From positions 960,001 to 992,000 of the forward strand of contig NC_016803.1 in the NCBI RefSeq assembly GCF_000189295.2: 32,000 nucleotides of DNA. Direction: 5' to 3'. Source of the stretch: Pseudodesulfovibrio mercurii. GTDB lineage: Bacteria > Desulfobacterota > Desulfovibrionia > Desulfovibrionales > Desulfovibrionaceae. Position 1 is the stretch's first letter. Each line of letters opens with the position of its first letter. Below the pieces are notes generated by a model, which searched no databases, was not told the DNA's origin, and was given only the letters and a program-made list of their open reading frames with translations. The position numbers and the translations under genes were made by a program. Below are positions 7,535 through 15,908 of this stretch, one piece after another.

Positions 7535-8839
7535 ATGGATTGCAGAGATTTGACTTACGCGAACCCGGACGACTGGCCCGGCATCGCCCGCTGGCTGGAA
7601 AAGCGCAAGGACCCGGACACCAAGGTGGACACCATCGTGCGGGGCATCCTCGCCGATGTCCGCGAGCGGGGCGACGAGGCCCTGGCCGAATACACCCGCA
7701 AATTCGACTGCGCGTCCTTTGACGCGGCCGACCTCCGCGTGCCCGAAGAAGCCATCGCGGCCGCCCTGGCCGAGATCCCGGACGACGACGCGGCCATCCT
7801 CCGCGAGGCCATCGAGCGAGTACGCACCTTCCACCTGAACCAGAAGGAAAAGTCCTGGTGGACCACCGCCGAGGACGGCACCATCCTCGGCCAGATGGTC
7901 CGGCCCGTGGACCGCGTGGGGCTGTACGTGCCCGGCGGCCAGGGCGGCGAGACCCCGCTCATCTCCAGTCTGATAATGAACGCGGTCCCGGCCCAGGTGG
8001 CCGGGGTCGGCTCCATCGCCGTGACCTCGCCCCCGCGCAAGGACGGCACCCTCAACCCGTACATCCTGGCCACCGCCGCCCTGCTCGGGCTGAGCGAAAT
8101 ATACCTGGCCGGGTCCGCCTGGGCCGTTGCGGCCCTGGCCTTCGGCACCAAGACCATCGCGCCGTGCGACGTCCTGGCCGGTCCGGGCAACATCTTCGTG
8201 GCCACGGCCAAGTCCCAGCTCATCGGCCGGGTGGGCATCGACATGGTCGCGGGCCCGTCCGAGATCGTCATCCTGGCCGACGGCTCGGCCAACCCGGCCT
8301 GGCTGGCCGCGGACATGCTCTCCCAGGCCGAACACGACCCCCTGGCCGCGTCCATCCTGGTCACCCCGGACGCGGACCTTGCCGCCCGGGTGCGCGCGGA
8401 GCTGGACACCCAGTGCGCGGCCCTGCCCCGCTGCGAAATCGCCTCGAAATCCCTGGCCAACTGGGGCGCGATCATCACCGTGCCCGACATCCCCACCGGG
8501 GCGGAGATGGTCAACCTGCTCGCCCCCGAGCACCTGGAACTGGCCGTGGCCGACCCGTGGTCCCTGCTCGGCTCCATCCGCCACGCCGGTGCCATCTTCA
8601 TGGGCCACAATTCGCCCGAACCTGTGGGCGACTACTTCGCCGGGCCCAACCATGTGCTGCCCACCCTGCGTACGGTCCGTTTTTCCTCCGCCCTGTCGGT
8701 GCAGAACTTCTGCAAGAAATCCAGCGTGATCGCCGCGAGCCCGAGCTACGTGTCCGAGCACGGCGCCAAGATCGCCCGGCTGGCCCGGCTGGAAGGCCTC
8801 GAAGCCCACGCCCGCAGCGTGGAACAACGCAACAAATAG
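7535..8839 (+). CDS. hisD: Histidinol dehydrogenase
   Basis: Full-length HisD similarity: ..VDTIVRGILADVRERGDEALAEYTRKFD.., ..AGPSEIVILAD.., ..SQAEHD.., ..APEHLEL... ATG 7535 has GAGG about 7 nt upstream and gives 434 aa. The track start at 7490 is probably too long. Confidence 0.9.
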   Translation: MDCRDLTYANPDDWPGIARWLEKRKDPDTKVDTIVRGILADVRERGDEALAEYTRKFDCASFDAADLRVPEEAIAAALAEIPDDDAAILREAIERVRTFHLNQKEKSWWTTAEDGTILGQMVRPVDRVGLYVPGGQGGETPLISSLIMNAVPAQVAGVGSIAVTSPPRKDGTLNPYILATAALLGLSEIYLAGSAWAVAALAFGTKTIAPCDVLAGPGNIFVATAKSQLIGRVGIDMVAGPSEIVILADGSANPAWLAADMLSQAEHDPLAASILVTPDADLAARVRAELDTQCAALPRCEIASKSLANWGAIITVPDIPTGAEMVNLLAPEHLELAVADPWSLLGSIRHAGAIFMGHNSPEPVGDYFAGPNHVLPTLRTVRFSSALSVQNFCKKSSVIAASPSYVSEHGAKIARLARLEGLEAHARSVEQRNK

Positions 8840-8864
8840 CATTACCATAGAAAGAGGGAACATC

Positions 8865-9761
8865 ATGGCTGCCGTTCTTGAAACCAACATCACCGAATAT
8901 CCGCTCATCTCCCGCGGCAAGGTCCGCGACATCTACGAGATAGACGCGGACACCCTGCTCCTGGTGACCACCGACCGCATCTCCGCCTTCGACGTGGTCA
9001 TGCCCGACCCCATCGAGGACAAGGGCAAGGTGCTCAACCAGATCACCCTGTTCTGGATGAAGATGATGGAGGACCTGGTCCCCAACCACATCATCGCCAC
9101 CAACGTGGACGACTACCCCGAACCCCTGCGCAAATACCGCGACCAGTTGCAGGACCGCTCGGTCCTGGCGAAAAAGGCCAAGCCCCTGCCCATCGAGTGC
9201 ATCGTGCGCGGCTTCATCACCGGGTCCGGCTGGTCCGACTACCAGAAGACCGGCGAGGTCTGCGGACACAAGCTGCCCGAGGGCTTGCAGGAATCCGCCA
9301 TGCTCGAAAAGCCGCTGTTCACCCCGTCCACCAAGGCGGACCTGGGACAGCACGACGAAAACATCTCGCTCGACAAGGCGGCCGAGCTGCTCGGCGAGGA
9401 GATGATGCGCAAGGTCGAGACCCTGGCCCTGTCCATCTACACCCGCGCCCGGGACTACGCCAAGCAGCGCGGCATCCTCATCGCGGACACCAAGTTCGAG
9501 TTCGGCATCCTGGACGGGGAACTGCTCTTCATCGACGAGGCCCTGACCCCGGACTCCTCCCGGTTCTGGCCCGAGGAGGGCTACGCGCCGGGCCAGTCCC
9601 AGCCGAGCTTCGACAAGCAGTACTTCCGCGACTGGCTGGTTCAGATCGGCTTCAACAAGCAGCCGCCCGCGCCGCACGTGCCCGCGGACATAGCTGCCCG
9701 GACCCGCGAAAAGTACCTCGAAGCCTACAAACTTCTGACCGGAGAAGACCTGAAGGTCTAG
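8865..9761 (+). CDS. purC: Phosphoribosylaminoimidazole-succinocarboxamide (SAICAR) synthase
   Basis: ..ISRGKVRDIYEIDADTLLLVTTDRISAFDVVM.., ..IADTKFEFG.., ..LTPDSSRFW.. are the long-form PurC motifs. Confidence 0.95.
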   Translation: MAAVLETNITEYPLISRGKVRDIYEIDADTLLLVTTDRISAFDVVMPDPIEDKGKVLNQITLFWMKMMEDLVPNHIIATNVDDYPEPLRKYRDQLQDRSVLAKKAKPLPIECIVRGFITGSGWSDYQKTGEVCGHKLPEGLQESAMLEKPLFTPSTKADLGQHDENISLDKAAELLGEEMMRKVETLALSIYTRARDYAKQRGILIADTKFEFGILDGELLFIDEALTPDSSRFWPEEGYAPGQSQPSFDKQYFRDWLVQIGFNKQPPAPHVPADIAARTREKYLEAYKLLTGEDLKV

Positions 9762-9770
9762 GGAGGCATC

Positions 9771-9857
9771 ATGCCCGAATGGCTGCAACTCATTGCCCTG
9801 GTCGTCGTGGGCCTGGCCATCGGCCGGCTCCTGCGGGGCAAATTCGGCGGAGGATGA
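9771..9857 (+). CDS. Candidate 28-aa single-pass membrane peptide (MPEWLQLIALVVVGLAIGRLLRGKFGGG)
   Basis: Below the ORF-track length cut-off. ATG 9771 is preceded by GGGAGG (9761..9766), which overlaps the purC stop codon. One hydrophobic helix is followed by a basic tail. About 21 of 27 third positions are G/C, like the neighbouring genes. Confidence 0.4.
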   Translation: MPEWLQLIALVVVGLAIGRLLRGKFGGG

Positions 9858-9936
9858 GGACCCTCGAACCAATGCGGCTGGACGCCGCCCGAGGACAAGG
9901 ATAAGAAATAGGGGGTTGTGGGACCGGGCCCGGCTC

Positions 9937-9965
9937 TTGACAGTCGGGCCGATTCCTCATATGTA
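9937..9965 (+). promoter_or_regulatory. Candidate sigma70 promoter of the rpsF-rpsR-rplI(-dnaB) operon
   Basis: Perfect -35 TTGACA (9937..9942), a 17-nt spacer, then TATGTA (9960..9965). Confidence 0.45.
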
Positions 9966-10025
9966 ACCCCTCTTGCCTTGCTCTCCCCCAGGTGGGGGAG
10001 GGCCAATGACCAAAAGGAGAATGAA

Positions 10026-10316
10026 ATGGCAAACAATTACGAGACGCTCGTCCTGCTCTCCCCGGAGCTGGCGGCAGAGGACAGGACCACCATCCTGGAC
10101 ACTCTGACCGGCATCGTGGACCGCGAGGGCGGCAAGATGGTTGAGACCGACGACTGGGGCATGCGCCAGCTGGCCTACCCCGTCCAGAAGCAGACCCGTG
10201 GATACTACGTTCGCCTGGTGTACGACGCCCCCGGCGCGCTGGTTGCCGAACTCGAGCGCAACATCCGCATCACCGACGGCATCTTCAAGTTCATGACCGT
10301 CAAACTGGCTGCCTAG
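10026..10316 (+). CDS. rpsF: 30S ribosomal protein S6
   Basis: [15 protein letters not shown]...[30 protein letters not shown] lies upstream. Start re-set inside track ORF 9918..10316. Confidence 0.95.
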   Translation: MANNYETLVLLSPELAAEDRTTILDTLTGIVDREGGKMVETDDWGMRQLAYPVQKQTRGYYVRLVYDAPGALVAELERNIRITDGIFKFMTVKLAA

Positions 10317-10327
10317 GAGGTTTCACC

Positions 10328-10591
10328 ATGGCTTTCCGCAAGAAATTCACCCCGAGGAAGAAGTTCTGCCGCTTCTGCGCGGACGCAGAGCTGCCCCTGG
10401 ACTACAAGCGCCCGGACATCCTGCGCGACTTCGTCACTGAACGCGGCAAGATCATCGCCCGGCGGATCACCGGCACCTGCGCCAAGCACCAGCGCCGCCT
10501 GACCAACGAGATCAAGCGCGCCCGCCAGATGGCCCTGCTTTTCTACACCACCGTTCACAGCACCGATGTGAAGAAACGGAGCTCCATGTAG
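10328..10591 (+). CDS. rpsR: 30S ribosomal protein S18
   Basis: ..[61 protein letters not shown]... SD AGGAGG. Confidence 0.95.
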   Translation: MAFRKKFTPRKKFCRFCADAELPLDYKRPDILRDFVTERGKIIARRITGTCAKHQRRLTNEIKRARQMALLFYTTVHSTDVKKRSSM

Positions 10592-10604
10592 GAGGGAGGA
10601 CCCG

Positions 10605-11147
10605 ATGAAACTTATTTTACGCGCTGACGTCGACTCTCTGGGTCGGCTCGGAGACATCGTTACCGTGAAGCCCGGCTACGGCCGCAACTACCTGATCCCC
10701 CAGGGTCTGGCCAAGCCTGCGACCACCGCCAACCTGAAGGCCTTCGAACTGGAGCGCCGCAAACTGCAGGAGCAGGCCGATTCCCTGCGCGCCCAGGCCC
10801 AGGGCCTGGCCGAGCGCATCGCCGCCTCTCCCATCGAGATCGAGGTGCGTGTCGGCGACGGCGACAAGCTGTACGGCTCCGTGACCACCTCCAACATCGG
10901 TGACGCCATGGAAGCCGCCGGCATCGAAATCGACCGCCGCAAGATCATCCTGCCCGAGCCCATCCGCTCGCTCGGCGAGTACGAGATCGAGATCCGCCTG
11001 CACCCGGACGTCCACGGCGAGCTGAAGCTCTCCGTCGTCCGCCACGGCGGCGCCGTTGTCGAGGAAGAGACCGAAGTAACCGAAGAAGTGGCCGAGGCCG
11101 TCGAGGAATCCGCAGAGAATGCCGACGCCGAAACCGCAGAGGCCTAA
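10605..11147 (+). CDS. rplI: 50S ribosomal protein L9, with an acidic C-terminal extension
   Basis: MKLILRADVDSLGRLGDIVTVKPGYGRNYLIPQGLA... The tail EEETEVTEEVAEAVEESAENADAETAEA extends past the usual L9 length. Confidence 0.95.
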   Translation: MKLILRADVDSLGRLGDIVTVKPGYGRNYLIPQGLAKPATTANLKAFELERRKLQEQADSLRAQAQGLAERIAASPIEIEVRVGDGDKLYGSVTTSNIGDAMEAAGIEIDRRKIILPEPIRSLGEYEIEIRLHPDVHGELKLSVVRHGGAVVEEETEVTEEVAEAVEESAENADAETAEA

Positions 11148-12570
11148 TTCAGGCCAGTACGCCGATAATCCGGAAGAGGCCCTGGACAGGGCCTCTTCCG
11201 ATATCCTACGCAAAGTCCCTCCGCATTCCTTCGAGGCCGAGCAGGCCGTGCTCGGCGGCGTGTTCCAGTCGGACACCATGTTCCACCAACTGGTGGACAT
11301 CATCAGCCCGGACGATTTCTATTCCCCTGTCCATCGGGACATCTTCAAGTCGTTCATCCAGCTCTACGACGCCCACCAGCCCATCGACGTGGTCACCACG
11401 GCCAACCAGCTGGCCCAGAACGGCACCCTGGACACCGTGGGCGGGCCGGTCTATCTGGCCGAACTGTCCGACTCCGTGGTCAGCGCGTCCAACGCCCTGC
11501 ACCACGCCCAGATCGTCCGCGACAAGGCCATCCTGCGCGACCTGATCGACATTTCCAGCGGGATCATCTCCAACTGCTTTTCCTCGCGCGACGTGGGAGA
11601 GGTCCTGGACGAGTCCGAAAAGGAGATCTTCCGCATCGCCCAGTCCAAGGAGATGCGCGGCATGCTGTCCAGCGGACAGCTGGTGCCCAAGGTCTTCGAC
11701 GAGCTGACCGCCCGCTTCAACAACAAGTCCGTGGTCACGGGCATCCAGACCCACTATCACGAATTCGACAACATGACGGCCGGGTTGCAGAACTCGGACC
11801 TGATCATCATCGCGGGCCGCCCGTCCATGGGCAAGACCGCCTTCGCCCTGAACGTGGCCCTGCGCGCCGCGGCCCGGTCCGAGTGTCCCACGGCCATCTT
11901 CTCGCTGGAGATGTCCATGGAGCAGCTCATGACCCGTCTGCTGGCCGTGCAGTCCAAGGTGGAGCTGTCCAACCTGCGCACCGGCTACCTGGACGACTCG
12001 GACTGGAACAAGCTCTACGAGGGCGCGGACGTGCTCAGCAAGGCGCCCATCTTCATCGACGACACCCCGGCCCTGTCCACCCTGGAACTCCAGGCACGCT
12101 GCCGCCGCCTCAAGGCCGAACACAACCTCGGGCTGGTGGTCGTGGACTACCTCCAGCTCATGCGCTCCAGCGCCCGGCCCGACTCCCGCGAGCAGGAGAT
12201 TTCGGACATCTCCCGCCACCTCAAGGCGTTGGCCAAGGAACTGAACGTGCCGGTCATCGCCCTGTCTCAGCTCAACCGCAAGGTTGAGGAGCGCACGGAC
12301 AAGCGGCCCATGATGGCCGATCTGCGTGAATCCGGGGCCATTGAGCAGGACGCGGACATCATCATTTTTCTCTATCGCGACGCCGCCTACAACAAGAGCG
12401 AGGACAACCCGCTCAAGAACCATGCGGAAGTCATCATCGGCAAGCAGCGCAACGGTCCCACCGGGCGGTGCGAGCTCTTTTTCAAGAAGGAATACACCCT
12501 GTTCGAGAACATGGACGCCACGGCATATCCCTCGGAACTGCCCCAGGGATTCCACCAGGACGCCGACTAA
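11119..12570 (+). CDS. dnaB: Replicative DNA helicase DnaB
   Basis: ..PPHSFEAEQAVLGGVF.., Walker A GRPSMGKTAF, ..IFSLEMS.., ..VVDYLQLM.., ..ALSQLNR.., ..ESGAIEQDADII... ATG 11119 (GAGGAA 10 nt upstream) overlaps the rplI 3' end by 29 nt. Confidence 0.93.
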   Translation: MPTPKPQRPNSGQYADNPEEALDRASSDILRKVPPHSFEAEQAVLGGVFQSDTMFHQLVDIISPDDFYSPVHRDIFKSFIQLYDAHQPIDVVTTANQLAQNGTLDTVGGPVYLAELSDSVVSASNALHHAQIVRDKAILRDLIDISSGIISNCFSSRDVGEVLDESEKEIFRIAQSKEMRGMLSSGQLVPKVFDELTARFNNKSVVTGIQTHYHEFDNMTAGLQNSDLIIIAGRPSMGKTAFALNVALRAAARSECPTAIFSLEMSMEQLMTRLLAVQSKVELSNLRTGYLDDSDWNKLYEGADVLSKAPIFIDDTPALSTLELQARCRRLKAEHNLGLVVVDYLQLMRSSARPDSREQEISDISRHLKALAKELNVPVIALSQLNRKVEERTDKRPMMADLRESGAIEQDADIIIFLYRDAAYNKSEDNPLKNHAEVIIGKQRNGPTGRCELFFKKEYTLFENMDATAYPSELPQGFHQDAD

Positions 12571-12587
12571 CCGCAAGCGGAACTGCA

Positions 12588-13877
12588 ATGTACTACGATC
12601 CGGTAGAAACCATGGACCGCGCCGCCCTGGAAGCGCTCCAGGTCAAACGCCTCAAAGAGACCATCGAAATCGCCAGGCGCTCGCCCTTCTACGCCGAGCG
12701 CCTCAAGGGCTTCGACCCGGCCGAGATCACCAGCCCGGCCGACGTGACCAAGCTGCCCTTCACCACCAAGGACGACCTGCGCAACCAGTATCCGCACGGC
12801 CTGCTGGCCCGGCCTCTGGAGGACTTCGTCCGGCTGCACGCATCGAGCGGCACCACCGGCTCGCCCGTGGCCATCTTCTACACCCAGAAGGACCTGGACA
12901 CCTGGGCCGACCTCATGGCCCGGTCCATGTACTGCTGCGGCTGCCGTCGGTCCGACGTGCTTCAGAACACCTCCGGCTACGGCCTGTTCACCGGGGGCTT
13001 GGGCATCCACTACGGCTCCGAGCGGCTGGGCATGCTGACCATCCCGGCGGGCGCGGGCAACACCAAGCGCCAGATCAAGATGATCTGCGACCATCAGGTC
13101 ACCGTCCTGCACATCATCCCCTCCTTCGCCCTGTATTTCGCCCAGAAGGTCCGCGAAGCCGGCTATGACCCCAAGGACATGCCCTGGCGCATCGCGCTCA
13201 TCGGGGCCGAGCCCCACACCGAACAGGCGAGGGCCAAGATCGAGGAGCTGATGCACATCAAGGCGTACAACTCCTACGGACTTTCCGAGATGAACGGTCC
13301 GGGCGTGGCCTTCGAATGTCAGTACCAGAAGGGCATGCACCTGTGGGAGGACGCCTACATCCCGGAGATCATCAACCCCGAGACCGGGGAGCACGTGGCC
13401 GAGGGCGAGGTGGGCGAGCTGGTCATGACCACCCTGACCCGCGAGGGCATGCCGATCATCCGCTACCGGACCCGCGACCTGACCCGCTTCCTGCCGGGGC
13501 ACTGCGAATGCGGCCGGACCCACAGGCGCATCGACCGCATCACCGGCCGGGCCGACGACATGATGATCCTGAAGGGCGTGAACATCTACCCCATGCAGAT
13601 CGAGCAGTGCCTCATGGCCATGCCCGAGGTGGGCCAGAACTACCTCATCGAGCTCATCCGCGAGGGCGTGTCCGACCAGATGCGCGTCAAGGTGGAGATC
13701 AAGGACGAATACTTCGTGGAGGACATGCGCGCCCTGCAGGGATTGCAAAAGCGCATCGCCAAGAACCTCTGCTCCGAGATACTGGTCACGCCCCGCGTGG
13801 AGCTGTGCCAGTCCGACTCCATCCCCAAGGCCGAGGGCAAGGCCGTGCGCGTGGTGGACCTGCGCGGCAAGGAATAG
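12588..13877 (+). CDS. Phenylacetate-CoA ligase family protein (PaaK-like adenylate-forming enzyme)
   Basis: Start re-set to ATG 12588. MYYDPVETMDRAALEALQVKRLKETI..LPFTTKDDLRNQYP..LHASSGTTGSPV..YNSYGLSEM..RYRTRD..GRADDMMILKGVNIYP are PaaK-family motifs. Confidence 0.9.
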   Translation: MYYDPVETMDRAALEALQVKRLKETIEIARRSPFYAERLKGFDPAEITSPADVTKLPFTTKDDLRNQYPHGLLARPLEDFVRLHASSGTTGSPVAIFYTQKDLDTWADLMARSMYCCGCRRSDVLQNTSGYGLFTGGLGIHYGSERLGMLTIPAGAGNTKRQIKMICDHQVTVLHIIPSFALYFAQKVREAGYDPKDMPWRIALIGAEPHTEQARAKIEELMHIKAYNSYGLSEMNGPGVAFECQYQKGMHLWEDAYIPEIINPETGEHVAEGEVGELVMTTLTREGMPIIRYRTRDLTRFLPGHCECGRTHRRIDRITGRADDMMILKGVNIYPMQIEQCLMAMPEVGQNYLIELIREGVSDQMRVKVEIKDEYFVEDMRALQGLQKRIAKNLCSEILVTPRVELCQSDSIPKAEGKAVRVVDLRGKE

Positions 13878-13883
13878 GGCCGC

Positions 13884-14381
13884 ATGGAATACGTCTGGGC
13901 CGTCCTGCTCATCCTGGGGCTGCTGCTCTCGCAGGTACTCCAGCTCTTCAGCATGCCCGCCAACTGGGTGGCCCTGGGGCTGACGGCGCTGTGGAAATAC
14001 GTCTACCCCGAGTCCATGACCTGGAACTTCGTCCTCGTCCTGGGCGTGGCCGCCGCCGCGGGCGAGGCACTGGAATTCGGCCTCCAGGCCTGGGGCGCGG
14101 GCCGCTACGGCGCGTCCGTGCGCGGCAACGTGGGCGGCATCATCGGGGCCATCGCCGGGGCCATCTTCGGCGCGCCCTTCTTCCTCGGTCTGGGCGCCCT
14201 GCTCGGGGCCCTGGGCGGGGCCTGGCTCGGCTGTCTCGTGGCCGAGATGCCCGGCCGGACCCGGCCCGAGGCGCTGCGCGCGGCCAAGGGCGCCTTCGTA
14301 GGCAAGGCGCTCGGCTTCACGGTCAAGACGGCCATCGGCGCGACCATGGTCATCCTGGCCATCCCGCGCGTCTGGCCGTAG
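13884..14381 (+). CDS. DUF456-family small membrane protein
   Basis: Four hydrophobic, glycine-rich segments. The motif ..GAGRYGASVRGNVGGIIGAIAGAIFGAPFFLGLGALLGALGGAWLG.. matches DUF456 as I remember it. Starts 6 nt after the ligase gene. Confidence 0.7.
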   Translation: MEYVWAVLLILGLLLSQVLQLFSMPANWVALGLTALWKYVYPESMTWNFVLVLGVAAAAGEALEFGLQAWGAGRYGASVRGNVGGIIGAIAGAIFGAPFFLGLGALLGALGGAWLGCLVAEMPGRTRPEALRAAKGAFVGKALGFTVKTAIGATMVILAIPRVWP

Positions 14382-14403
14382 CCCGCCCCTCTCCCCTGCT
14401 CTT

Positions 14404-14754
14404 CTATTCCTCGATCAGCCCGAGTTCGCGCAGGTAGCCCACCACGCGCTCGGTCTCGCCCATGCCCGTGGTCCCGCGCAGGGCCAGGGTCACGGCGCAG
14501 GTCTCCAGAATCTCGTCCACCGTGGCGCCCAAGTCCAGGGCCATCCGGCACTGGAACAGGACGCACGCCCGGCAGCCGATGCACAGGGCCGAGGCCAGGG
14601 CCATGAGCCGCTTGTGCTTGCCGCTGACCGCGCCGTCCCTGTAGACCTCCCGATTCAACGCATTGTAGGGCTCGGCCACCTCGGGCATAAGCCGCTTGAA
14701 GGTCTTGGCGTTGGCCTCGTTGGCGGCCAGCAACTCCGTCTGCTTCTCGATCAT
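14404..14754 (-). CDS. Carboxymuconolactone decarboxylase (AhpD-like) family protein
   Basis: ..GAVSGKHKRLMALASALCIGCRACVLFQ.. has the AhpD-like CxxC core. SD GAGGAG lies upstream of ATG 14754. Confidence 0.85.
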   Translation of the reverse strand: MIEKQTELLAANEANAKTFKRLMPEVAEPYNALNREVYRDGAVSGKHKRLMALASALCIGCRACVLFQCRMALDLGATVDEILETCAVTLALRGTTGMGETERVVGYLRELGLIEE

Positions 14755-14856
14755 GTCGTTCTCCTCGTTGGTTGCGGGACTCCACCATGGACCATGCGCG
14801 GGCGCGCAACCAGCCGGAATATCCGATGCGGGCCATCAAGAGGACCGAACGCCACC

Positions 14857-15744
14857 CTAGCGCGCGGCGAAGACCCCCGGCAGCTCGCGGGCGGCCAGGT
14901 CGTAGCCGTGCTCGATGATCGGCCCGGCCTTGTCGAAGTCCATCATGCTGCATAGGTTGATGGGGATGCTCAGGACCGCGTCCGGCGGATAGGCCGCGAT
15001 CTTCTGCCGGGCGATGGAGCCCTGCATGGCGTCGAAGGACTTGTAAAGGATGTCGTAGGCACGGTTCTCCTTGCGCTTCATGACGATCTTGTCGGTCATG
15101 GTCCCGAGGAAGTCGGCCACGGCGTGCGATACCCCCGCGCCTTCCTCCTCCCCGGCGTGCTTCTCCGCCGTGATCTCGGCCCCCTTGACCGGGGGCGCGC
15201 AGAGGTTCACGGCGATGGTGAAGTCGGTCAGGTCGCTGAAGGTCGGGGCGATGGGCACGGGGTTGAGGATGCCGCCGTCGATGATGTCCTCGCCGTCCAC
15301 CACCACGGGCTTGAAGAAGATCGGCAGGGCGATGGACGCCTTGATGGCGTCGAAGATGGGACCCGTGCGGATCCAGACCTCCTTGCGCCGGGAGATGTTC
15401 GCGGCCACGGCCGTGAAGCTGATCTTCAGGTCCTCGATGCGCTCCTCGCCCACCAGGTTGCGCAGGGTGTCGATGAGCCGGTCGCCCTTGATCAGCCCGT
15501 CCATGCCGAAGGAAACGTCCAGCAGGGCGAGCATGTCCCGCTTGGTGATGCCGCGCGCCCAGCGCTCGTACTCGTCGAGCTTGCCGATGGCGTGGATGCC
15601 GCCCACCAGCGCGCCCATGGAGCAGCCCGAGATGGACTTGATCTCGCAGCCGTGCTCCTCGAGCCAGTGGATGACGCCGATGTGGGCCAGGCCGCGCGCC
15701 CCGCCGCTGCCCAGCACCAGGGAGATGGTTCTCTTCTTCTTCAC
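14857..15744 (-). CDS. Patatin-like phospholipase (RssA-like)
   Basis: ..ISLVLGSGGARGLAHIGVIHWLEE..ISGCSMGALVGG.. (oxyanion GGxR, nucleophile GxSxG) and a later DGG motif. I prefer GTG 15744 (GGAG upstream). The track extension to GTG 15834 uses atypical codons and overlaps a promoter-like TTGACT for thrC. Confidence 0.82.
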   Translation of the reverse strand: MKKKRTISLVLGSGGARGLAHIGVIHWLEEHGCEIKSISGCSMGALVGGIHAIGKLDEYERWARGITKRDMLALLDVSFGMDGLIKGDRLIDTLRNLVGEERIEDLKISFTAVAANISRRKEVWIRTGPIFDAIKASIALPIFFKPVVVDGEDIIDGGILNPVPIAPTFSDLTDFTIAVNLCAPPVKGAEITAEKHAGEEEGAGVSHAVADFLGTMTDKIVMKRKENRAYDILYKSFDAMQGSIARQKIAAYPPDAVLSIPINLCSMMDFDKAGPIIEHGYDLAARELPGVFAAR

Positions 15745-15908
15745 GTTCCGCTCCGTTGCGGACGGCTCGGCCGCAAAGGCCCGCCGTCCCGTTGTTTGCG
15801 AGGCCAGCCTACACAATTTTGACTTGCCATACACTACCTTTTAAGCGAACCTTTGGTCCCTTTTGTGGCGAGCTTGAAAAGAGAACCTTATTCCCATCGG
15901 GTGAGACA

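Noticed and set aside
7241-8932. A 563-aa ORF antisense to hisD, and similar long ORFs such as 3799..5619 (+), 12567..13748 (-), 17260..18741 (-), 24367..25776 (+) and 27953..30235 (+)
   Set aside because: These are typical shadow ORFs of a high-GC genome. Their translations are low-complexity and rich in Arg, Gly, Pro and Ala, with no recognisable motifs. Each lies opposite or out of frame to a gene with clear family signatures.
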